From: a virus
Direction: 5' to 3' (one strand)
Length of the DNA: 64,000 nucleotides
Virus record (IMG/VR): IMGVR_UViG_3300026488_000019
Span: 1 to 64,000 of that record
Shown: positions 56,301 to 64,000 of the stretch, in pieces
Layout of the letters: each line of letters opens with the position of its first letter
Numbering within the stretch: position 1 is the stretch's first letter
Made by a program: the position numbers and the translations under genes
Notes under the pieces: model-generated
The model's input: the letters and a program-made list of their open reading frames with translations, nothing else
What the model was told of the DNA's origin: nothing
Databases searched by the model: none

Positions 56301-57328
56301 CTATTAACCTCCTCCTTAAGAATTTTCTCATCAAATAATCCAATTTCTAAATTAAACCTAGCATAATAATCTTTATCTCCGTACTCTACATAAACACATC
56401 TGGCATCCTTATTCCAACCATTACTTTGCATTTGTTTATATTTATCTTGAATATCTAAAATCCTAATAGTAAATCCACCTTTGTCATATAAACCTAATTT
56501 ATCATCTCCTACAACTTTAACATATTGGCCTAAAAATTCAGGTTGATATTTGTATAAAAGTTCAAGTTCTGCTTTAGCTACTTCTCTTATTTGTTCTTGA
56601 GCTTGTTTTGAATATCTTTCTACAAAGAAATTCCTTGCACATTTGTAATCTTTCATAGTCCAAAATATAGTGTAGAGAGATTGAGGCAATACAGAACGGG
56701 CTACTTCAGGTTTATAGCCTATTTTAAGCAAAATCTTATACATACTTTCAAGTTCTTGATAAAAATAACTAAGCTCTTGGAATGTTAAACCTGTTGCTTC
56801 ATTAAGCAACCCATCTGGATACCAAAACTCAAATTCTACTTTATCAGGTTTTACATACCTACGAGAAAGTTCTAAAAATGAACAACATCTGTGACGATGA
56901 TATTGACTTCTTACAAAGAGAGGAATTTTAATTTTAAAGGTAGCTATCGTTTGCTTGTGTATCCTAACTAGATCCTCTAAACTAATTAAAGAGTTAAGTT
57001 CCAAAAACTCTTTGTATGTCATAAAATAATTATTCCTCAAACTTCCACTTATACTACAATCTTCAAACCCTCCTAAATCTTCTTCAGGAAATCTGATAAA
57101 TTCAAAAACACTACTATGTCCTCTTTTAGTAAGAAAATCCCAAAGTTTCTTAGGATTTTTAGCCATTTCATTACCATAACTAATTGATGCTACTACTGAT
57201 ACAGCTTCCTCTCTTGATTCTTGGTTAAGATTGGATAAAGAAAAATCCCATAGTTCCACAAATCCTTTTACAGGAGAGTAATCATAAATCTCCTTTTTAG
57301 CTATTTTCTTTACATATTTCAACTCCAT
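56297..57328 (-). CDS. thyX: Flavin-dependent thymidylate synthase
   Basis: GHSSVFE, RHRCCSFLELSRRY, PEVARSVLP, AQEQIR. Confidence 0.92.
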   Translation of the reverse strand: MELKYVKKIAKKEIYDYSPVKGFVELWDFSLSNLNQESREEAVSVVASISYGNEMAKNPKKLWDFLTKRGHSSVFEFIRFPEEDLGGFEDCSISGSLRNNYFMTYKEFLELNSLISLEDLVRIHKQTIATFKIKIPLFVRSQYHRHRCCSFLELSRRYVKPDKVEFEFWYPDGLLNEATGLTFQELSYFYQELESMYKILLKIGYKPEVARSVLPQSLYTIFWTMKDYKCARNFFVERYSKQAQEQIREVAKAELELLYKYQPEFLGQYVKVVGDDKLGLYDKGGFTIRILDIQDKYKQMQSNGWNKDARCVYVEYGDKDYYARFNLEIGLFDEKILKEEVNR

Positions 57329-57339
57329 CTTAACCCTCC

Positions 57340-57792
57340 TTAATAACCTTCTACAGGTTCAATTACAAAACTAACTTCATCCTCTTCTTTAGTTAAAGTC
57401 CAAAATACTGGATAAGACTCACCAAACCTGATAGTATATAGGCGTGAAATCAAGTCTTCCAAAATCTTTACCAGTTCAGCATTCTTAATAGAGGTTTTAA
57501 CTTCAGTAGGCGAAACCAAATGTTCAATTGCTGATACTATCACTTTGTAAAAGTGATAAAAGTTCAGAACATCATCCTCTAACAAGGAGATAAGTTCCAT
57601 ATAATCAGAATTATCCATTATGTTATCTATAAAGCTAATAAACTTGGTTGGAGTTAAAACCAAATTCAAATCTGCATCCTCATAAAGAACAGACACCCTA
57701 AACTTCCCTATCTTCTCATCAAAGGTAATTTGAATTTCTTGTATATCTCCTGTAAAAAGTTCTAGCAGTCTCATTACTCCACCTCTATACAT
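57340..57792 (-). CDS. Hypothetical protein
   Basis: ORF; start probably ATG 57774. Confidence 0.55.
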   Translation of the reverse strand: MYRGGVMRLLELFTGDIQEIQITFDEKIGKFRVSVLYEDADLNLVLTPTKFISFIDNIMDNSDYMELISLLEDDVLNFYHFYKVIVSAIEHLVSPTEVKTSIKNAELVKILEDLISRLYTIRFGESYPVFWTLTKEEDEVSFVIEPVEGY

Positions 57793-57796
57793 TTAG

Positions 57797-58021
57797 TTAA
57801 ATTGATCTTGTATTGTCAATACAAATCAAATTATCCTTTTTAGCTAACTCCTTTGCACATTTCTCACATAAATATTTAAGAAGAGTTCCAAAGCCTTTCT
57901 TAAGACTAGAAAGGCTTTTACCCTCTTTAAGAGAGTAACAATACCTTGTCATAATAAAACCACACTTATTACACCTTAATGCAGTTCCTTCATAAAGTTT
58001 ATATTTACACAATGCTTTCAT
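57797..58021 (-). CDS. Small Cys-rich protein
   Basis: CNKC...CEKC; ATGA coupling. Confidence 0.55.
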   Translation of the reverse strand: MKALCKYKLYEGTALRCNKCGFIMTRYCYSLKEGKSLSSLKKGFGTLLKYLCEKCAKELAKKDNLICIDNTRSI

Positions 58022-58443
58022 CTCACTTCCTCCTCTTCCTCAATTGAAAGAACATTCCTCAAGTTTATAAGAGCTGGAACATCCTTGGCCTGTTCAAACT
58101 CTAGCATTAGTCCAGCATCCTTAAACTTCTCCCAAAATCTATTCATGTATTGAACTCCAACTATTGGAATATTCAAAACTAGTCCATCAAAAGTTTCTAC
58201 TTTTAGTCTTAACTTAAAGTCGTATAATTGGGTCTCCTCTACGAAAACTGATTCAGCTCCACTTAAACTTATCCAATTCCTCTTACCCTTGCTTTCGTAG
58301 TAGTAACTATCCTTACAGTTCAAAACAGCTTCAAACAACCTTCTGTAATCCTTCCAAGATTCCAGCTCAACAGTTTTAACTAAATTGCTGTAAACTACCT
58401 TTGCTTTAATGTAAGTTTTAGCCATCTTTAACCTCCTATTCAT
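58018..58443 (-). CDS. Hypothetical protein
   Basis: ORF; start probably ATG 58425 with GGAGG SD. Confidence 0.6.
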   Translation of the reverse strand: MNRRLKMAKTYIKAKVVYSNLVKTVELESWKDYRRLFEAVLNCKDSYYYESKGKRNWISLSGAESVFVEETQLYDFKLRLKVETFDGLVLNIPIVGVQYMNRFWEKFKDAGLMLEFEQAKDVPALINLRNVLSIEEEEEVR

Positions 58444-58912
58444 TTATAAATTTATAAATTGTCTTTACAACATCTCCTATAAATTTCTTCAACATTACTT
58501 CTACAAACTCTTCTAAATAGAACATCTGTTCTGCTACATATTTAGCTTCATCATAAATCTCTTCAGTAGTCCACCTCTTTAACCTCCGTCCAAGGAATTC
58601 GCTTGACCCCTCAAAATATCCTTTCCAATCTCCACTGTGAGCATAATCCCAACCGTACCACCAATACCCTTTTGGTAAATAATTCCCATCCCCTCTCTCT
58701 GAATAGGTAAAACCTCCATGAACATTAATGAAAGCTAAATCAAAATAATCAAAACCTGCAAAGATATGATTCTCAGGAAGTCCCACATAAGCTACTGGGT
58801 GAGTTCCTAAAGACATTCCTATAATCCTAAAACCAAGATACTCTTCATCAAAGAGTACTTCTGGTTTGTCTAACCTCTCCTTCTGATAAACCATCTCCTT
58901 AAACCTTCTCAT
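58436..58912 (-). CDS. Conserved phage hypothetical protein
   Basis: AYV..P..H...VHGGFTYS...WWYGWDYAH motif common in phage early genes. Confidence 0.7.
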   Translation of the reverse strand: MRRFKEMVYQKERLDKPEVLFDEEYLGFRIIGMSLGTHPVAYVGLPENHIFAGFDYFDLAFINVHGGFTYSERGDGNYLPKGYWWYGWDYAHSGDWKGYFEGSSEFLGRRLKRWTTEEIYDEAKYVAEQMFYLEEFVEVMLKKFIGDVVKTIYKFINE

Positions 58913-58934
58913 CCTGTCCTCCTTAATTCGTTTA

Positions 58935-59127
58935 CTAAACTAAACCCAAATCAGGGAGAATTTCAGGCTGGTTAACCTAAACTTTCTATCCATAACTAAC
59001 TAAACCAACCTAACCTAGAATTTCAGGTTAAAACTATCCAACTATCCCATCTTAAACTAAACTCTCTTACCATCAAATTTCAGGTTGGTAGTAGCCTGAA
59101 ATTCTAATCCAATCCAGTTTAGTTTAG
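58935..59127. promoter_or_regulatory. Divergent control region: three minus-strand and one plus-strand copies of the bipartite motif
   Basis: Minus 58967-58935, 59027-58995, 59084-59052; plus 59095-59127; each points at the adjacent gene. Confidence 0.78.
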
Positions 59128-59152
59128 TAGATACCAATTAAAGGAGGTTAAC

Positions 59153-59362
59153 ATGAGTAAGAAAACTTACCAATCCTTACAAGAGTGGTTATCTACTACT
59201 AATCCTATGAACAAACATTACCTAGCTCAGATTATTTCCCTAATAACTATGTTAGAAGTAGGAGATGAAATTAGCTTAGGTTTAGTTAAGGTTAAGAAAG
59301 AGTCTCATACTAATAATGGTTATACTTTCTCAGTTAGTATAGATAGTTCTCTATTAGAGTAA
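59153..59362 (+). CDS. Small hypothetical protein
   Basis: AAAGGAGG SD, follows motif copy. Confidence 0.6.
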   Translation: MSKKTYQSLQEWLSTTNPMNKHYLAQIISLITMLEVGDEISLGLVKVKKESHTNNGYTFSVSIDSSLLE

Positions 59363-59434
59363 TCCCCCTATTTTCAGTAGGTATTCTAAGTAATACAACA
59401 ACTTTCCCAACCTAGTAAACTAATAGGAGGAGTT

Positions 59435-60508
59435 ATGATTAAGTTTGAGGAGTATGAAGAGGTATTAGTAGAGTTACAAGATAAGCTAAATGATGAAAAT
59501 AGTACTCTAACTTTCCTAGATGTATTAACTAAGTTGATAAGGGATTTATTGGGTACTCATTACAGTAAGTACAGCTGGGTAAAAGGACTTAACTTTGATG
59601 AGATAGCTCCTCAGATAGCTTTAGACTACTACCTTAAGGTAAAGTCTGGGTTAAGGATTAACAAGTGGGGGATTTACCTGAGGAAAAGCTTAGCTAGTGA
59701 TTTGGTAAAGTTTGCTCATCCTAAAGATGTGAGCTATGACGACCTGCTTAAAACTCCTTACACTAAAGATGAGGAAGATGATAAGGACTACCTAATAGAA
59801 ATCCAAGAACTGTGGAAAACCCTCTTCCCTCACTTAACTAAATCTGAAATCTTAATCTTGGTAGAACTCTCTACTGAGTATAAACTCTCTCCCTACGACA
59901 AGGTAAGAGGATTAGCTAAGTACTCTTACAGGAAGAGAATAGAACTAGCTAAAATCTTAATGAAGTTAACTCACTATTACAGAACTAAGGAGGTAAGCAT
60001 GAACAGGGTAACATCCAACTCACTGGTAAGAACCTTAGCTGGGATTATGATTTCTCCTTTATTCTTAGTTCTAGACTTAGAAGACATGGCTAAGGTAATA
60101 GCTACTCTAGGAGGTCAAACTGTTCGCATTCCTACCTACACAGAACTCCAAAAGCTAATCCCACTCATCATCCTCTTCTACGAACACAAGATTAACAACA
60201 AGTCCCTCTCAGAACTCTCTAAAAAATTCAACCTAGACCGTAAAGACCTTTCCCTAATCCTAGACATCTTAAACCAAGTAAAGCTCTCAGACTACGAAAA
60301 GAAGAACCTAATCATTACCCTTTCCAAACTTACCCAACTGGTAAATACTCAAGACTCCTTCATATCTCAAAGATTACAGGAGATAGAAGATAAGCTCAGA
60401 AAGAACTCCAAAACAGCTCTAGAACTCTACAAATCCCTCTCCAAGGAAGAAGCTAAAGGATTAGAAGACCTAATCAAACTAACTACTGAGATAGTTAAAC
60501 TACTCTAA
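59435..60508 (+). CDS. Putative transcription regulator with Mor/C-like C-terminal module
   Basis: LGGQTVRIP followed by HTH-like SLSELSKKFNL; internal AAGGAGG-ATG at 59999. Confidence 0.5.
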   Translation: MIKFEEYEEVLVELQDKLNDENSTLTFLDVLTKLIRDLLGTHYSKYSWVKGLNFDEIAPQIALDYYLKVKSGLRINKWGIYLRKSLASDLVKFAHPKDVSYDDLLKTPYTKDEEDDKDYLIEIQELWKTLFPHLTKSEILILVELSTEYKLSPYDKVRGLAKYSYRKRIELAKILMKLTHYYRTKEVSMNRVTSNSLVRTLAGIMISPLFLVLDLEDMAKVIATLGGQTVRIPTYTELQKLIPLIILFYEHKINNKSLSELSKKFNLDRKDLSLILDILNQVKLSDYEKKNLIITLSKLTQLVNTQDSFISQRLQEIEDKLRKNSKTALELYKSLSKEEAKGLEDLIKLTTEIVKLL

Positions 60509-60686
60509 CTTACTTACTTATCCTATACTCTCAACACTGTTATACTACTAACTCATATTAACCTAGTTACCCTAACTAACCCTATTAGCTAGCTTACTAT
60601 TCCAGTACTCTAGTTTTGAGTTGGATAGTTAGCTATGTTACATTGTTATATACCCCCTTCTGATATTGTTATAGTTATACTGATAT

Positions 60687-60997
60687 CCTCTATTTTCAGT
60701 AGGTATTACTTGATTTACAATAGCTTTCTAGTATTACTTATTCAGGTAAAGTTATATCTCTATACCTTACATATTCAGTTAGTTAATATCTGATTAGTAG
60801 TATAGTTACTATATAGATCCCCCATTTTCAGTAGGTTTTCCTTGTATTCCATAGGTTATTTCACTATTCATAGAATACTAATTTGATAGAGATATACTGG
60901 TAATGGTATAGGTAATAGGTATAGAGTTAGGTAAGTAGGTTAGATAGTTCTCTTATAGTAGTATAAGTATAGATACCCCCTCCTATTTTCAGTAGGT
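60687..60997 (+). repeat. Iteron-like repeats in a 740-nt noncoding region (candidate origin)
   Basis: ATTTTCAGTAGGT core within 60687-60704, 60819-60836, 60980-60997, plus 59365-59382. Confidence 0.7.
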
Positions 60998-61135
60998 TTC
61001 TTAAGTATTACAATATCTATCTCAGGATTAGTAATAGAAAACTTATGAATTACAATAATTAAGAGAAATAGAGATATGGGAAAACTAAGTAACTCAAGGA
61101 GTTATACATATTAGGGAAAATATCTAACTAACCTA

Positions 61136-61227
61136 CCTGAAATTCTAACTCAGACTAGTTTAGTTATGTAGAGTGGGAAAAGTTATATACTCAGCCTGAA
61201 ATTCTTAACCAAATCAGTTTAGTTTAG
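61136..61227 (+). promoter_or_regulatory. Two tandem copies of the bipartite motif
   Basis: 61136-61168 and 61195-61227 upstream of the primase-like gene. Confidence 0.78.
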
Positions 61228-61250
61228 TAGAATAGCAGGAGGTTGTAAGT

Positions 61251-63485
61251 ATGGAATATAAAGTAAAGAGAATAGTTCAGGTTAGTAGATATAAGAAGTT
61301 GGGAGAAGAGGTAGATAAGACTACTGGTATAATCTTCGTTAAGTATTACGATAGACATAAGAAAACTGAGTTTTCAGCTTTCAAGAGTAAGGAAGATGCT
61401 AGGAAGTACTGGGAATATTGGATTGGACACGACCCAGAGGCTTTAAAGTTCTACATAAGCAGTGCTACGATAGAAGGGGAGTTTTCAGACTTTACCAGAG
61501 ATGTAATTGAGTTTGAAACTCCCAATGGTAATAGATATCTCTCCTACTACAAAACAGACTTCTCCTTTGGTAAGGATTCTAACTTTACCTTTGGAGTTCA
61601 TGTTCCTAAAGGTACTACTCCTTACTATCCTACTGGTTGGTGGAATCTAAATGTACCTATGAAACCTGATGACAAGCTAATAGTAGGAGTAGGTTCTCAG
61701 GTTAACATGGGTAAAGCTTTTACTAAGGAGCTAACCATAGATGAGTTCATAAAGCTTATGGAAGCTAAAGGTAAGTTCTACACTCCCTTTGTCTTTGAGA
61801 ATAACAAGAGGAATAAAGCTAATGCTTACAGGCCTGATAACACTTTAACGATGATTTGTATTGATGTGGATGACGACCTGAACCTGATAGATGTTCTGAA
61901 AGAAAAAGATAAAAATGGGTTTGTTAATTCTTTTCTTAATAAAGTTACCTACTACCTAGAGCAAGTTAGTAAGAGTGGAGAAGGTTATCACTTCTTTGTA
62001 CCTGTAAAGGTAAAAGACACTCAGCAACTCTTAAAAATTCTCAACTACCTTCAGTTAGAGTACAAAGGAATAGCAGACATCTCAGTATTTGAACCAGCTA
62101 GGCTAATCTTCTCCTCTCCTTACAGGATAAAAGAGGTTTCTAGGATAGCAGTTACTAGGAACTTCTATGCTGATGTAGAGCTTACCCAACTAGAACCAGC
62201 TTCAGAGAGGTTAGAAAGAATTAAATCCCATCAGCTAACTATTGAGGGTCATAAGAACTATGTGAGGAATGATGGAGCTCTCTACATAAGAACCTATGTA
62301 GATGGAGATAGGTTAGTTAAGTGGTTTGAGGAAAAGCACGGAAAACTAACTAGCAAAAAGCTTTTCTCAGTTCAGATTACTTCTAATCGCCAATCTATTT
62401 CCTCTATAAGCAACGAAAATGGTGAGGTAAATACCCAACCTTTAGGTAAGGGTAAAAAGTCCGATAATGGCCAAATAGATAAACGAGAGAGCAAATTTAG
62501 GGAAGAGTTAAAAACTAGTACCATAGCAACTGTGAAAGGAGACCTGAACCCAGTTTCAGATAAGAGTAAGGTAAGGGAATACCAGAGTGGGTTAATAGGT
62601 TTGATTAAAGAGCTTTCCAAGTTAGCAGGATTTAAGCTCTATGAGTTTAATAGATATGATAAAGATGGAAATGTAGTAGGTAAGTATTACCAAATTTCAG
62701 TATCTCCTGATGAGAAATCTCCTATGGACATATTTCTGTATGATAACAATCCTGAGTTTTTCTACTTTCAATCTCAAAACGCTTTAAGACACTTCCCTAA
62801 GATATTTGAAGAGATAGTTAGTTATACTACTGATGGAAGACCTTGCTTACACATATCTTGGCTAATTAAACTATTAAGCTTTATTTCCAAGAACTTCAAA
62901 CCAGACTTTAATACAGCTAAGATTAGGGATTTGATTAAAAAGTATGGAATACATGAGAAGTACCTCTACTCTCACTTTGAGGAAGTAGAAGGATATGTAG
63001 TAGAGCTAATCAAAGCTCTTATCAAGAAGAAAGGTAAGCCTGTAAGGGTATCTAAATACATTCCTAAAGAGATTATTAGTAAGTCTAAAGTGTGGAGAAG
63101 TTTTAGGAAAGAGTTGGAAAACTTAGGCTTTGTGTTTGAAAGGAAAAGAGGGGGGTTAATAGTATATTGGGATGAAGAAAAGAGGAGTAATATTGATTAC
63201 CTGAAGTATAACTCCAAAGGGCTTTCTCCTAAACTGAGGGAAATTCTTAAGAAGTTCTTTGCAGTAGTAAATCAGGAAACTTGGTTTGAAGAGGTAGTAG
63301 TAATACTAGAAGAAAACTGGGTTAAGCATATGGTTTATTGGGTTAGGAAGATGGTAGGAGAGGAGTTGAGAAAGTGGGAAATGATGTTTAAACGAAAATT
63401 GCGAAGTGGAGAAATGTTGTGGTATGAGGATAAACAAAAGCCTATCAGTGCTTTGTCTTATGTAATCACTAGGATGGTAGCTTAA
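61251..63485 (+). CDS. Putative AEP primase-polymerase / replication protein
   Basis: MICIDVDD, EQVSKSGEGYHFFV, AD.S....RL motifs typical of AEP/prim-pol. Confidence 0.7.
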   Translation: MEYKVKRIVQVSRYKKLGEEVDKTTGIIFVKYYDRHKKTEFSAFKSKEDARKYWEYWIGHDPEALKFYISSATIEGEFSDFTRDVIEFETPNGNRYLSYYKTDFSFGKDSNFTFGVHVPKGTTPYYPTGWWNLNVPMKPDDKLIVGVGSQVNMGKAFTKELTIDEFIKLMEAKGKFYTPFVFENNKRNKANAYRPDNTLTMICIDVDDDLNLIDVLKEKDKNGFVNSFLNKVTYYLEQVSKSGEGYHFFVPVKVKDTQQLLKILNYLQLEYKGIADISVFEPARLIFSSPYRIKEVSRIAVTRNFYADVELTQLEPASERLERIKSHQLTIEGHKNYVRNDGALYIRTYVDGDRLVKWFEEKHGKLTSKKLFSVQITSNRQSISSISNENGEVNTQPLGKGKKSDNGQIDKRESKFREELKTSTIATVKGDLNPVSDKSKVREYQSGLIGLIKELSKLAGFKLYEFNRYDKDGNVVGKYYQISVSPDEKSPMDIFLYDNNPEFFYFQSQNALRHFPKIFEEIVSYTTDGRPCLHISWLIKLLSFISKNFKPDFNTAKIRDLIKKYGIHEKYLYSHFEEVEGYVVELIKALIKKKGKPVRVSKYIPKEIISKSKVWRSFRKELENLGFVFERKRGGLIVYWDEEKRSNIDYLKYNSKGLSPKLREILKKFFAVVNQETWFEEVVVILEENWVKHMVYWVRKMVGEELRKWEMMFKRKLRSGEMLWYEDKQKPISALSYVITRMVA

Positions 63486-63487
63486 CC

Positions 63488-63599
63488 AGTATCACGAATT
63501 ACTCAAAAGTATTACTTAGTAATACTAAATTTTATTGATCCTAGGAAATTTTGAATAGCAGTATTACTAAGTATTACTAATTTCACAAATCGTAATACT
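63488..63599. repeat. Symmetric six-box site, copy 2
   Basis: Direct repeat of 34105-34217 with near-identical box offsets. Confidence 0.85.
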
Positions 63600-63620
63600 A
63601 CCAAAGTTGGATAATTTTAA

Positions 63621-63653
63621 CCTGAAATTCTAGGTTAGGTTGGTTTAGTTTAG
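63621..63653 (+). promoter_or_regulatory. Bipartite motif copy
   Basis: CCTGAAATTC-TAGGTTAGGTTG-GTTTAGTTTAG; spacer identical to the copy at 59027. Confidence 0.78.
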
Positions 63654-63677
63654 CAAATAGGTTTTAGAGGTTAAGGT

Positions 63678-63887
63678 ATGACAAAAGTCCTAAACATTTC
63701 AGGAAATTGGGATGATAAGGATGTAGTAGGTCGCTTTGACTTTAATACAGAAGAATACTGGTTGGTTATAAGTCAGAATGGTAGAGTAGTAGAGATTAAT
63801 GAAGGAGAGTTTGCGTTGTTCAAATTTCTCCAACTTCTCTTAGATGAAGTTGGGAGTGAAGCTTTAACTAAGCTTAAAGGAGGTTAA
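63678..63887 (+). CDS. Small hypothetical protein
   Basis: ORF with GAGG SD after motif. Confidence 0.6.
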   Translation: MTKVLNISGNWDDKDVVGRFDFNTEEYWLVISQNGRVVEINEGEFALFKFLQLLLDEVGSEALTKLKGG

Positions 63888-63890
63888 GCT

Positions 63891-64000
63891 ATGGAAACTA
63901 AGTGGAGAATTTTGTTACGCTCTCATCAAATTCCAATCATAATGGAAATTGATTACTGTATAGGTAGATGTAGTCAAAAGTTAACTTGGGATTTAAAACA
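63891..64000 (+). CDS. Partial hypothetical gene running off the window
   Basis: AAAGGAGG SD, METKWRILL... open to the end. Confidence 0.5.
   Translation, partial: METKWRILLRSHQIPIIMEIDYCIGRCSQKLTWDLK

Noticed and set aside
60508-61250. CRISPR array
   Set aside because: Repeat core is only 13 nt with 130-160 nt irregular spacing; no cas genes in the window
1-64000. Genome-wide UGA reassignment (code 4 or 25)
   Set aside because: Several genes end in TGA with ATGA-type coupling to the next gene, and Trp is encoded by TGG throughout; only two UGAs are in-frame and both have hairpins

Overview
The whole window is a segment of a low-GC, T4-like contractile-tailed (myovirus) phage genome, probably from a thermophilic bacterial host (inferred from Glu/Lys-rich proteins and AGR/ATA codon use; not proven). 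The plus-strand flanks carry early/replication genes: SbcC/gp46, a DNA methyltransferase, dTMP kinase, a ParB-like protein, a Mor-like regulator and a primase-polymerase-like protein. A ~52 kb minus-strand block runs ThyX, NrdA (with intein), NrdB, resolvase, terminase, portal, protease/scaffold, major capsid (split by a group I intron with a homing endonuclease), neck, sheath, tube, tape measure, baseplate, fibres and lysis genes. Top finding: two adjacent baseplate genes whose products should contact each other (gp27-like hub and gp5-like spike) each contain one in-frame UGA. Each UGA is followed by a hairpin with its loop at +17..+20 nt, the geometry of a bacterial SECIS, while UGA is an ordinary stop elsewhere in the window. 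This suggests selenocysteine-containing, or readthrough-gated, virion proteins. Other signals: a pseudoknotted three-way-junction RNA between terS and terL; a 9-copy bipartite promoter-like motif with fixed 12-nt spacing; two copies of a symmetric six-box site 29.4 kb apart; iteron-like repeats at a likely origin; a 42-nt copy of the primase 5' end near terS; and candidate +1 and -1 frameshifts. All calls come from motif and synteny recognition by eye; no searches were run.
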